A DNA stretch of 53,624 bases from a virus (Duplodnaviria > Caudoviricetes), in IMG/VR virus record IMGVR_UViG_3300035018_000016, positions 1 to 53,624 of that record. The stretch is one strand, 5' to 3'. Position numbers and translations under genes: made by a program. This document shows, one piece after another, positions 45,375 to 53,309 of the stretch. Positions within the stretch are counted from its first letter, which is position 1, and each line of letters starts with the position of its first letter. The notes under the pieces were generated by a model, which ran no database searches, was not told the origin of the DNA, and worked only from the letters and a program-made list of their open reading frames with translations.

Positions 45375-45378
45375 ACGC

Positions 45379-45858
45379 ATGTCGGATATCGACCGCCGGC
45401 TGCGTTCGCTGTTCGCGCGGGGTGTCGTCCGGCACAGCGATGTCCAGGCTGGGCTGGCGCGCTCGCAGGCCGAATTCCTGAAGGGCGAGACGCGGCGGGT
45501 CGAGACACCCCAGGGCTACGGCTTCGCCTCGGTCCCCCTGGAGGGTTCCGAAGTTTTCGCGGTCTTCGCCAATGGCGAGCGCGACGCCGGCGTGGCGCTG
45601 GCCTACGACGACCGCCGCCGCCGGCCGAAAGACCTGGCGCCGGGCGAGGTCGCCCTCTACGGCCTGCACGCCCGCGCCGCGGTCGGTCACTGGATCAAGT
45701 TCACCGACCAGCCCAAGCCTGGCACGGTGAAGATACGCGCGTCGCGAATCGAACTTCGCGCCGGCCAGTTCTACCGCCTGCTCGACAGCGACCCGGCGAT
45801 CGGCGAGAAATCGGGCATCCATGACCCGGCGGAGGAGCTGCCGCTTAACCCGCCCTGA
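45379..45858 (+). CDS. Baseplate spike (Mu gp45-like)
   Basis: QGYGFASVP..DDRRRRP.DLAPGEVALY. Confidence 0.85.
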   Translation: MSDIDRRLRSLFARGVVRHSDVQAGLARSQAEFLKGETRRVETPQGYGFASVPLEGSEVFAVFANGERDAGVALAYDDRRRRPKDLAPGEVALYGLHARAAVGHWIKFTDQPKPGTVKIRASRIELRAGQFYRLLDSDPAIGEKSGIHDPAEELPLNPP

Positions 45859-45875
45859 TCGGACGCCGCAATCGG

Positions 45876-46184
45876 TCAATGAACCGGCTGCGCGACCAGG
45901 CGGACGCCGAGCGCCGCGCAGACGCTGCTGATCGTGTCGAAGCGCGGCGAGCTGTCCGCCCGCAGCGCCTTGTAGAGAGCCTCGCGGGCAATGCCGGCTT
46001 TCTTCGCGATCTCGGTCATGCCGTGGGCACGGGCAATGTCGCCCAGCGCCGAGGCCAGCAGCGCGGCGTCGTTCGCCTCGAGGACGTCGGTCAGGTAGGC
46101 CGCGATCGCCTTCTCGTTGCCGAGATAGGCTGCCGGGTCGAACGTGGCCAGGTCGGCTGCCTTGATCTTCTTCTTGCTCTTCAT
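45876..46184 (-). CDS. Type II antitoxin (addiction-module antidote, HigA-like HTH)
   Basis: FDPAAYL..AYL..ALGDIARAHGMTEIAKKAGIAREALYKAL..PRFDTI. Confidence 0.88.
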   Translation of the reverse strand: MKSKKKIKAADLATFDPAAYLGNEKAIAAYLTDVLEANDAALLASALGDIARAHGMTEIAKKAGIAREALYKALRADSSPRFDTISSVCAALGVRLVAQPVH

Positions 46185-46198
46185 GCGTCGCTCCTCTT

Positions 46199-46492
46199 TC
46201 ACTCGATTTCCGCCGCCAGCGTTTTCGCGCGCTTGATGTCCCTCGGTTGCGTGGCCTTCGTGCCGCCGGCGAGCAGCACGACGATCTGGCCGCCGCGACG
46301 GGTGAAGTAGACCCGCCAGCCGGGGCTGCGGTGGATACGCAACTCCATCACGCCGTCGCCGACCGACTTCGCGTCGCCCATCAAACCCGCCTGCAGGCGC
46401 TTGATCCGGGCGACGATGATGCCCTGCGCCGTCGCATCGGAGAGTCCGTCGAGCCAGGCGCCGAAGGCGGGGAGGGTCTTGATCGTGTACAT
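46199..46492 (-). CDS. Type II toxin, RelE/ParE superfamily (addiction-module killer, HigB-like)
   Basis: F.AWLDGL.D..RIKRL..GDAKSVGDGVMELRIH.SPGWRVYF..LLAGGTK.TQ.RDI. Confidence 0.9.
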   Translation of the reverse strand: MYTIKTLPAFGAWLDGLSDATAQGIIVARIKRLQAGLMGDAKSVGDGVMELRIHRSPGWRVYFTRRGGQIVVLLAGGTKATQPRDIKRAKTLAAEIE

Positions 46493-46527
46493 GCCGCGAA
46501 TGTAATCGAACGATTACAGATTGTCAA
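46493..46527 (-). promoter_or_regulatory. Toxin-antitoxin promoter with palindromic operator
   Basis: TTGACA-17 bp-TACATT-6 bp-ATG on the minus strand; TGTAATCG-AA-CGATTACA (46501-46518) overlaps the spacer and -10. Confidence 0.8.
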
Positions 46528-46546
46528 GCGGGAACGGCGGGGCGCG

Positions 46547-47026
46547 ATGCGGTTGATTTACGACAGGACGACCGGTTTCTTCGACATCGGCCTGACCGGG
46601 GCCGGCGGTCTCGATCCCGGCATCGGCAACGCCGGCGCGCTGGAGGCCGCGGTCTGGGTCTCGCTCTTCACCGACCTCCTGGCCGACCCGGCCGACATGA
46701 CGCCGGAGCTGGGCGGCGACCGGCGCGGCTGGTGGGGCGACAGCGGCCGGGCGCCGGATGCCAGCATGGGCAGCCTGATCTGGCTGCACAGGCGGGAGAA
46801 GAAGAGCGAGACCGTCCGGCTCAAAGTCGAGAACGCGGCGCGCGAGGCGCTGCAATGGCTGATCGACGACGGGATCGCTTCGGACGTGACGGTCGAGGCT
46901 TTCTTCCCGGCCCAAGGTCAAGCAGGAGGCCCGCGCGACGCGCTCGCCCTGGTCGTGACCCTGACCGAGCCGAACGGCGTTCGCCGGGACTGGAAAGTCG
47001 ATCTCCTGTGGTCCGGGGTGTTTTAG
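46547..47026 (+). CDS. Baseplate protein (Mu gp46-like)
   Basis: AVWVSLFTD..RRGWWGD..GSLIWL..REK..AREALQWLIDDG. Confidence 0.9.
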   Translation: MRLIYDRTTGFFDIGLTGAGGLDPGIGNAGALEAAVWVSLFTDLLADPADMTPELGGDRRGWWGDSGRAPDASMGSLIWLHRREKKSETVRLKVENAAREALQWLIDDGIASDVTVEAFFPAQGQAGGPRDALALVVTLTEPNGVRRDWKVDLLWSGVF

Positions 47027-48139
47027 ATGCCATACGCCCGCCCGACCCTGGCCCAGCTGTTCGACCGCATCGGCGCCTCGTGGCGCACGCGCTTCCCAGG
47101 GGCCGACGTCAACCTGCGCCAGTCGCCCGACCGCGCCGTCGTGGCCGTCATCGCCGGCTCGACCGACGAGGACCTGGCCTATCTCGATTGGCAGAAGGAC
47201 CAGCTCTTCCCCTTCTCGGCCGACGCCGACTATCTCGAACGCTGGGCCACGGCCAAGGGCCTGGCGCGCAAGCCCGCGAGCGCGGCGGCCGGCACGATCC
47301 TTCTCACCGGCACCCCGGCCGAAACCGCGCCCGCCGGCGCGCAACTGCAGACCGATTCGGGTGTCGTCGTGGTTCTCGCGGCCGATGCCACCCTGGGCGT
47401 GGGCGGCACCGTCGAGGTCGCTGCCGGCGTGCTGGCGGGTGGCGCCGGCGGCAATCTCGGCATCGGCACCAGGCTCACCTTCGTCGGTACGCCCGCGGGC
47501 TTCGCCGACACCGCCACGGTGGCGAGCGATTTCGCCGGCGGCGGCGACGCCGAAAGCGACGCCTCGCTCCGGCTGCGCACGCTCCGCAAGCTTGCCCAGC
47601 CGAGTTTCGGCGGCAACCGCAACGACTGGGAACAGGCGGCGCTGGCGGTGCCGGGCGTCACCCGCGTCTTCTCGCTCGCGGCCACGCCGACGCCCGGCGC
47701 CGTCACGCTGTTCCCCCTGTTCGACGATCTGCGGGCCAACGGGCTGCCTCTCGGCGTCGACGCCTGGTTCCGTCCCGGCACCGGGCCGGGCGCCGGCACC
47801 GGCGGCGCCGGCGATCAGCGGCTCGTGCTCGACGCCGTGCTGGCAACGCGGCCGATCTGCGCCCACCTCTACGTCACCGCACTGGTCGCGGCGCCGATCG
47901 CGATCACGATTCAGGGTCTCGCCAACGACAGCGCCGCCGTTCGGGCCGCGATCGAGGCCGAGCTTCGCCGCATGCTGGTCCGCAGGGCCGGGCCGGGAAA
48001 GACCATCCTGCGGGCCTGGATCGGAGAGGCGGTCTCGCGCGCGGCCGGCGAGGACGGCCATACGCTGACCGCGCCGGTGGGCAACACGGCGGTCGCCGCG
48101 GGCCATCTCGCGACGGTCGGGTTGGTGACCTATGTCTAG
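47027..48139 (+). CDS. Baseplate J / Mu gp47 family protein
   Basis: RPTL, AD.DYLERW, GGGDAESD.SLR.R, GGN.ND..Q.AL.VPGVTR. Confidence 0.9.
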   Translation: MPYARPTLAQLFDRIGASWRTRFPGADVNLRQSPDRAVVAVIAGSTDEDLAYLDWQKDQLFPFSADADYLERWATAKGLARKPASAAAGTILLTGTPAETAPAGAQLQTDSGVVVVLAADATLGVGGTVEVAAGVLAGGAGGNLGIGTRLTFVGTPAGFADTATVASDFAGGGDAESDASLRLRTLRKLAQPSFGGNRNDWEQAALAVPGVTRVFSLAATPTPGAVTLFPLFDDLRANGLPLGVDAWFRPGTGPGAGTGGAGDQRLVLDAVLATRPICAHLYVTALVAAPIAITIQGLANDSAAVRAAIEAELRRMLVRRAGPGKTILRAWIGEAVSRAAGEDGHTLTAPVGNTAVAAGHLATVGLVTYV

Positions 48140-48734
48140 GGCGCCGCGGCCGGCGATCGCCGAGTGGCTGGCCGCGACGATGGACCTGCTGCCGCAAGGG
48201 ATCGCCTGGTCGCGCGAGCCCGGGTCCAATCTCGGCCGTCTGATGGGGGTGGTGGCCGAGGAGCGCCAGAAGCGCCACGACCGCAAGCTCGCCCTCCTCG
48301 AGGTCGAGTCCTTCCCGACCCAGGCCGTCGAGCTGCTGCCCGAGTGGGAGCAGATGGTCGGCCTGCCCGATCCCTGCCGCGCCGCCCCCGGCACCCTGGC
48401 CGAGCGCTGGGCCGACCTCGCCGATCAGTTCTTCGCCGATCATCCGCCGACGCCGGGCAACATGACGGCCTGGGCACTGCAGGCCGGCTGGAACATCGCC
48501 ATCCGCGAGCAGCGCGACTTCGTCGCGGGCATCTCGATGGCGGGCGATACGGCGGGCGAGAACGACGCGGTCTGGGTCGTGACCGTCCTCGGCCAGGAGA
48601 TCGTCTACTTCCGCGCCGGAGAGAGCGCGAGCGGCGACGTGCTCTTCACCTTTCCCGATATCGCCACGCTCGAATGCGTGCTGCGCCGCGCGGCGCCGGC
48701 ACACACCGAAGTCCACTTCATCGTCCCGCCCTGA
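48132..48734 (+). CDS. Baseplate protein YmfQ / Mu gp48-like
   Basis: LLPQGIAW, ELLPEWE..GLPD.C, LECVLRRAAPAHT. Confidence 0.88.
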   Translation: MSRAPRPAIAEWLAATMDLLPQGIAWSREPGSNLGRLMGVVAEERQKRHDRKLALLEVESFPTQAVELLPEWEQMVGLPDPCRAAPGTLAERWADLADQFFADHPPTPGNMTAWALQAGWNIAIREQRDFVAGISMAGDTAGENDAVWVVTVLGQEIVYFRAGESASGDVLFTFPDIATLECVLRRAAPAHTEVHFIVPP

Positions 48735-48743
48735 GGCCCGCCC

Positions 48744-49547
48744 ATGCATCGTATCGATGGCGCCAACACGCTTCCCGCGCTGCCGGCGCCACTTGCGCCG
48801 GGCGCTCCCGGCTACTTCGAGAATGCGCCCGGCGCAGGGCCGGGAACCGTCGTCAGCGGCGACTGGCTGAACGCCGTCCAGGAAGAGATCATCGCCGTCA
48901 TCACGGCCGGGGGCGGCGTCCTCGACAAAGCCAATCGCGCCCAGCTGGTCGCCGCGATCCAGACCCTCGTCGGCTTCCGCAACGTCCTGACCTTGAGCGC
49001 GGCCGGCCTGACGAACTGGGTCGTGCCGGCCGGGATCACGCGCGTCTTCGCCCAACTCTGGGGACCTGGCGGCGGCTGCGACCTCGGCGCCGGCTCGCCG
49101 ACGTTCATCGGGTCCGACGGCGGCGGTGGCGGGGGCTACTCGGCCAAGCTCTGCACGGTCGTTCCCGGCGCCACCATCCCGCTCACGGTCGGCGCCAAGG
49201 GTGTCGCCGGCAGTCCTGGCACGTCCGGCGGCACGACCAGCTTCGGGTCCGTTTTCTCGGCAACCGGCGGCGGTCGCGGTGTCTACAACGGCGCCGTCGG
49301 CGGCAATCCCGGCAACGGCGTCGGCGGCGACATCAACGTGGCGGGCGGCCGGGGCGGCCGGGTTCAGAACCTGCCCTCGCATGTCATCGGCGCGACCGGC
49401 GGCGGCTCGCCGCGCGGTGGCGCAGGCGGTGGCCTCGGCGTCAGCGGCACCTGGCCGGGCGGTGGCGGCGGCGGGTCGGGCGGTGGCGACGGCCAGTCGC
49501 ACCTGGCTGGCGACGGCGCCGAGGGCGGCATCATTTTGACCTGGTGA
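48744..49547 (+). CDS. Short glycine-rich tail fibre protein
   Basis: MHRID..GYF..TVV..WLNAVQEEI N-terminal fibre anchor; Gly-rich C-domain. Confidence 0.8.
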   Translation: MHRIDGANTLPALPAPLAPGAPGYFENAPGAGPGTVVSGDWLNAVQEEIIAVITAGGGVLDKANRAQLVAAIQTLVGFRNVLTLSAAGLTNWVVPAGITRVFAQLWGPGGGCDLGAGSPTFIGSDGGGGGGYSAKLCTVVPGATIPLTVGAKGVAGSPGTSGGTTSFGSVFSATGGGRGVYNGAVGGNPGNGVGGDINVAGGRGGRVQNLPSHVIGATGGGSPRGGAGGGLGVSGTWPGGGGGGSGGGDGQSHLAGDGAEGGIILTW

Positions 49548-49550
49548 TCC

Positions 49551-50102
49551 ATGAAATACGCACGCATCGATAACGGCGCCGTGGTCGAGATCGTCGATCT
49601 CGACGGCGACCCGGCCGACTTTTTTCACCCCACGCTACAGTTCATGCCGGCGCCGGAAGGCTGCGCGGCGGGTTGGAAGGTCGAGGGCGGTGTCCTGGTT
49701 CCGCCGGCGGCCGACCTCGATCGACTGCGCGCCGACAAGCGATCGGCGATAGACGCGGTCTATGCCGCCGCCGTCGCCCGCGGCCTGCCGTTCGGCGAGG
49801 ACGATGCCATCCAGATCGACCCCGAGAGTCGACAGAATCTCGCCGCACGCGCGACACGCGCTGGCTTCGTCTTGTCGAACACGCCCGGCTTCACCTGGCC
49901 CGAGGGCGGCATGCCCTACCGGACGAAGAGCAACCGGTGGCCGACCTTCTCGCCGGCCGAGATGGTTGGCCTCTCGCTTCAGGTCGACGACCTCTTCACC
50001 GCGATCCGGGTGCGCTACGCCGCTCTGAAGGGCGCGCTGCTCGCCGCGGTAACGGCGCCAGAGATCGCCGCGATCGACGAAACCGCCGACTGGCCGAAGT
50101 GA
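49551..50102 (+). CDS. Tail fibre assembly-like protein (DUF4376-like)
   Basis: MKYARIDNGAVVEI..; QID..SRQNL; C-terminal EIAAID...W. Confidence 0.65.
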   Translation: MKYARIDNGAVVEIVDLDGDPADFFHPTLQFMPAPEGCAAGWKVEGGVLVPPAADLDRLRADKRSAIDAVYAAAVARGLPFGEDDAIQIDPESRQNLAARATRAGFVLSNTPGFTWPEGGMPYRTKSNRWPTFSPAEMVGLSLQVDDLFTAIRVRYAALKGALLAAVTAPEIAAIDETADWPK

Positions 50103-50112
50103 AGGACAAGCC

Positions 50113-51438
50113 ATGACGCTGAGCAAGCTTCTGCGAACGGCGTTCGCCGCCGTCTCCCTGGCCCTGGTGTCGTCGGTCGCGTTCGGCCAGGACGGTCCCG
50201 GTGGCGGCATTTCCAATCCGCGCCCGCTCACGGCGCAGACGGTCACCGGCGCGCTGGGCTATTCACCGGCGCGATCGGGCATCAACTACGACATCACGGC
50301 GCTGCCTGGACTCTCTACGCCGCTGCTGCCGACGGCGCTGCCGCTGCCGACCGCCTCGACTCTTGGCGGCGTCAAGTCTCTGGTGGCGTTGCCGAACCGC
50401 TTCCTGACCTCGATCACCACGGCGGGCCAGCCGGTCGCCGCCCAGCCAGCGGCGTCGGACATCACCGGCCTCGCGCCCTCGGCCACGACCGACACGACGA
50501 ACGCCTCCAACATCGGCAGCGGGTCGCTGTCTCTGCTGCGCCTCGCGTCGATCGCCGACCAGCGGCTGCTGGCAAATATCAGCGGTGGGTCAGGGACGCC
50601 TGCCGCGACCACCTTGACCGCGCTGCTCGACAACATACTCGGCAGCGCCCAGGGCAGCGTGATCTATCGCGGCGCGTCTAACTGGGGCGTTCTTACCCCC
50701 GGCACGGCTGGTCAGTTCTTGCAGACGCAGGGCGCCGGTGCCGACGTGCAATGGGGCGCGCCGGCCGGCAGCGGCAATGTCTCAAACTCCGGCACGCCGA
50801 CCAACGGCCAGGTCGCGGTCTGGACGAACGCCACGACGGTGCAGGGCGTCGATGCTGCGGTTGTCGGCGTCGTGCCCAGCGGCGCGGTGCTGCCCTTCGC
50901 CGGATCGTCGGCGCCGACGGGCTACCTTCTCTGCTACGGCCAAGCGGTCAGCCGAACGACCTATGCCGCATTGTTCACGGCGATCGGCACGACCTACGGC
51001 ACCGGCGACGGCTCGACGACCTTCAACCTCCCAGACCTGCGAGGCCGCGCCGCGTTCGGCGTCGACAACATGGGCGGCTCGGCCGCCAACCGCCTTGGCA
51101 GCAACGCGAGCATCGGCGGCATTTCGGGCACCGCCTCGCTCGGTACTGCGGGCGGCGCGCAAACCCACGTCCAGACGATCGCAGAACTGGCGCCGCACAC
51201 TCATGCCGCTCCCAACGGCATGGTGGGGGGCAGCGACGTCGGCGGCACCGGCGCCTATCTCTCGGCTGGGCTGCCGAATAACGGAACGTCGGGGAGTACC
51301 GGCAGCGGTGCCCCCTTCAACATCACGCCGCCGGCTCTGGTGCTGAACTACATCATCCGTCAGCGCCGCCGGCCGTCGAACGACAACCGGCGACACGTCC
51401 GCCGCTCCGATCGATTCCCGGCACGCCTCGCGGCCTGA
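50113..51438 (+). CDS. Tail-fibre-like protein with phage tail-collar domain and an N-terminal signal-peptide-like sequence
   Basis: Collar motif PSGAVLPFAG..PTGYLLC.GQAVSRTTYAALF.AIGTTYG.GDGSTTFNLPDLRGR; N-terminus MTLSKLLRTAFAAVSLALVSSVAFG-Q. Confidence 0.78.
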   Translation: MTLSKLLRTAFAAVSLALVSSVAFGQDGPGGGISNPRPLTAQTVTGALGYSPARSGINYDITALPGLSTPLLPTALPLPTASTLGGVKSLVALPNRFLTSITTAGQPVAAQPAASDITGLAPSATTDTTNASNIGSGSLSLLRLASIADQRLLANISGGSGTPAATTLTALLDNILGSAQGSVIYRGASNWGVLTPGTAGQFLQTQGAGADVQWGAPAGSGNVSNSGTPTNGQVAVWTNATTVQGVDAAVVGVVPSGAVLPFAGSSAPTGYLLCYGQAVSRTTYAALFTAIGTTYGTGDGSTTFNLPDLRGRAAFGVDNMGGSAANRLGSNASIGGISGTASLGTAGGAQTHVQTIAELAPHTHAAPNGMVGGSDVGGTGAYLSAGLPNNGTSGSTGSGAPFNITPPALVLNYIIRQRRRPSNDNRRHVRRSDRFPARLAA

Positions 51439-51475
51439 TCTCGACCACCAACCGCCGTCACTCACGGGAGGCCCC

Positions 51476-51826
51476 ATGTCGCTCGATCCCGAAACCGTGC
51501 TCGGCATCAAGGCCGCGGTGCTCAAGGCCGGCGCCGCCGGCACCCTGGTCGGCATCATCTGGCGACGCCAGTACCGCCTGGCCGAGGCCTTCTCGGCCGC
51601 GATCGCCGGACTCGGCTGCTCGATCTATGTCGGGCCGGCGGTCGTGGGCTGGAGCGGCGTCACGCACGAGGACGTGCACAACGGCATCATCTTCGCCTGC
51701 GGCCTGCTCGGCATGTACATCGTCGACCTGGCGTCGCTCTACGGGCCGCGCCTGGTGCGGGCGATCGCGGGCAAGTTCCTGCCGCCGCTGCCACCCGACG
51801 AGACCAAGCCGGGAGGCGGCGCATGA
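51476..51826 (+). CDS. Putative holin
   Basis: 116 aa, about 3 TM helices, GGAGG RBS, start of lysis cassette. Confidence 0.65.
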   Translation: MSLDPETVLGIKAAVLKAGAAGTLVGIIWRRQYRLAEAFSAAIAGLGCSIYVGPAVVGWSGVTHEDVHNGIIFACGLLGMYIVDLASLYGPRLVRAIAGKFLPPLPPDETKPGGGA

Positions 51827-52155
51827 ACGACCTCGCCGTCGTCGCCCTCTGCGGCATGGTCGCCGGCGGTGCCGCCTTCCTGCTCGGCATCGCCCAGCTC
51901 ACCTGCGAGCACGCCAGATCGCCGATGCCGCAACGCCTCACGACCGGCGTGCTGGCCGGCGTGGCGGCATGGACCGGACTCGATTGCTGGGACGTCCTGT
52001 CGGGACTCGACGCCACCGTCGATGCCAAGGCCGTCGTCTTCAGCCTCGCCCTCGCCCTGTCGTGGGGCTACCGCCGCGCCCGCGGCCTGGTCACCGAACG
52101 GCCCGGGCCGAACGCCGTTCGGCCCGGGCCTTGCGCACGAAAGAAGACCCCATGA
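51823..52155 (+). CDS. Membrane protein (holin/antiholin-like)
   Basis: Three hydrophobic segments and basic tail; coupled to both neighbours. Confidence 0.55.
   Translation: MNDLAVVALCGMVAGGAAFLLGIAQLTCEHARSPMPQRLTTGVLAGVAAWTGLDCWDVLSGLDATVDAKAVVFSLALALSWGYRRARGLVTERPGPNAVRPGPCARKKTP
52100..52130. repeat. 31-bp palindrome centred on the 13-bp motif
   Basis: GGCCCGGGCCGAACG-C-CGTTCGGCCCGGGCC. Confidence 0.9.
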
Positions 52156-52868
52156 TCGACTTCGCCTTCACGCCGCCGGCGCGCGCGGTGCATACGCTGT
52201 TCATCCACTGCAGCGCCAGCGACCGCCCCGAGCACGACGACGTCGCGGTCATGCGCGACTGGCACGTCAACGGCAACGGCTGGTCCGACGTCGGCTACCA
52301 CTACTACGTGAAGCGCGACGGCACGATCCAGCCGGGACGGCCGCTCGAGAGGACGCCGGCCGCCCAGGGCGACGGCTACAACGCCGGCACGATCGCGGTC
52401 TGCTTCGGCGGCCTCACGAAAAGCAGGTTCACGCCGGACCAGTTCCGCGCCGGCGCCGGTCTGGTGCGCGCGATCGCCGATGCCTACGGCGAGCGCGGCG
52501 TGAAGATCCGCGTCCGCGGTCACCGCGAGGTCTATCCGAAGGAATGCCCGGTGTTCGACTATCGCCGTGCCTTCGGCCTCGACGCCGCCGGCTATCCGAC
52601 GCGGACGCCCGACGCCAGCGTCCAGGGTGCCGATCCCGTCGCGGCCGACAACGTGCCCGGCGATCTCTACATGATGGTGCGCAACAAGACCGACGGCGTG
52701 AAGGCCCTGCAGCGCGCGCTGATCGCCGCCGGCGCCAGCCTCGATCCCGACGGCGTCTTCGGCCGCCTGACCTTCGACGCGCTGCGCGCCTGGCAGCAGG
52801 CGCACGATCTGCCGGCGACCGGCATTGCCGACGCCGCGACGCGCCGCAGGATGGGGATCGAGCGATGA
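52152..52868 (+). CDS. Endolysin: N-acetylmuramoyl-L-alanine amidase + peptidoglycan-binding domain
   Basis: FIHCSA, GWSDVGYHY, GRP, GHRE..KECP (Zn amidase); VKALQRAL..DGVFG..T..ALRAWQ..L..TGIAD. Confidence 0.9.
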   Translation: MIDFAFTPPARAVHTLFIHCSASDRPEHDDVAVMRDWHVNGNGWSDVGYHYYVKRDGTIQPGRPLERTPAAQGDGYNAGTIAVCFGGLTKSRFTPDQFRAGAGLVRAIADAYGERGVKIRVRGHREVYPKECPVFDYRRAFGLDAAGYPTRTPDASVQGADPVAADNVPGDLYMMVRNKTDGVKALQRALIAAGASLDPDGVFGRLTFDALRAWQQAHDLPATGIADAATRRRMGIER

Positions 52869-53122
52869 TCGCCGCCTGGTTCGCCAAGCCGGCCGTCAAG
52901 TACGGCGCGATCGGGTTGGTCGTGGTCGCCCTGATCGCCGGCACGCTGCTCGCCGTCAACCGGATCTACGGCAAGGGCGAGACCGCCGGCGCCTCGAGCG
53001 TGACCAACGCGGTGCAGACCGAAACGATCAAGAAGCTGGACGCCGCCCGCAAGAGCAAGGAGAGGACCGATGAAGAAGTGCGCCGCACTCCTTACGACGA
53101 TCGCGTTGACGGCCTGCGCTGA
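52865..53122 (+). CDS. Inner-membrane spanin (Rz-like)
   Basis: N-terminal TM and helical tail; overlaps the lipoprotein gene. Confidence 0.65.
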   Translation: MIAAWFAKPAVKYGAIGLVVVALIAGTLLAVNRIYGKGETAGASSVTNAVQTETIKKLDAARKSKERTDEEVRRTPYDDRVDGLR

Positions 53123-53309
53123 CCGGCCGATGCCAGTGGTCACCACGATCGACACGCTCTGCACGGTCACCACGCGCTATCGCGCGACCGACGGGCAGCG
53201 CGCCGCTTTCAAGGCCGATCCCGGCCTGTGGGAGCCCCTGGTCGACTGGATGCTCGGCTTCAACAAGGAACGCGACAAGCGGTGCCTGCAGCCGGCTCCG
53301 GGGGCGTGA
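53070..53309 (+). CDS. Outer-membrane spanin lipoprotein (Rz1-like)
   Basis: MKK..LLTTIALTAC lipobox; GAGAGG RBS; overlaps the Rz-like 3' end. Confidence 0.7.
   Translation: MKKCAALLTTIALTACADRPMPVVTTIDTLCTVTTRYRATDGQRAAFKADPGLWEPLVDWMLGFNKERDKRCLQPAPGA

Larger units (their letters stand above)
5110..52121. repeat. Dispersed 13-bp palindrome CGAACG(C/G)CGTTCG: 17 exact and 2 single-mismatch copies
   Basis: Exact starts: 6935, 9300, 11220, 12963, 13953, 16001, 19815, 22103, 26900, 31864, 33492, 36848, 40561, 43340, 46971, 50134, 52109. One mismatch: 5110, 29494. None seen in 1-3437. Confidence 0.93.

Noticed and set aside
38576-48734. Transposable Mu-like phage
   Set aside because: Only the tail is Mu-like. 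There is no DDE transposase or MuB, and a tyrosine integrase and tRNA att are present.
48744-51438. Diversity-generating retroelement or invertible tail-fibre cassette
   Set aside because: No reverse transcriptase, TR/VR pair, invertase or inverted fibre fragments seen; sequence beyond the window is unknown.
6935-52121. 13-bp palindrome as a LexA/SOS box
   Set aside because: Spacing is GAAC-N3-GTTC. The Gram-positive box is GAAC-N4-GTTC and the alphaproteobacterial box is the direct repeat GTTC-N7-GTTC. Most copies are also intragenic.
6935-52121. 13-bp palindrome as a recurrent peptide motif, CRISPR array or REP element
   Set aside because: It is read in different frames and on both strands, copies are kilobases apart with no spacer structure, and most lie inside genes.
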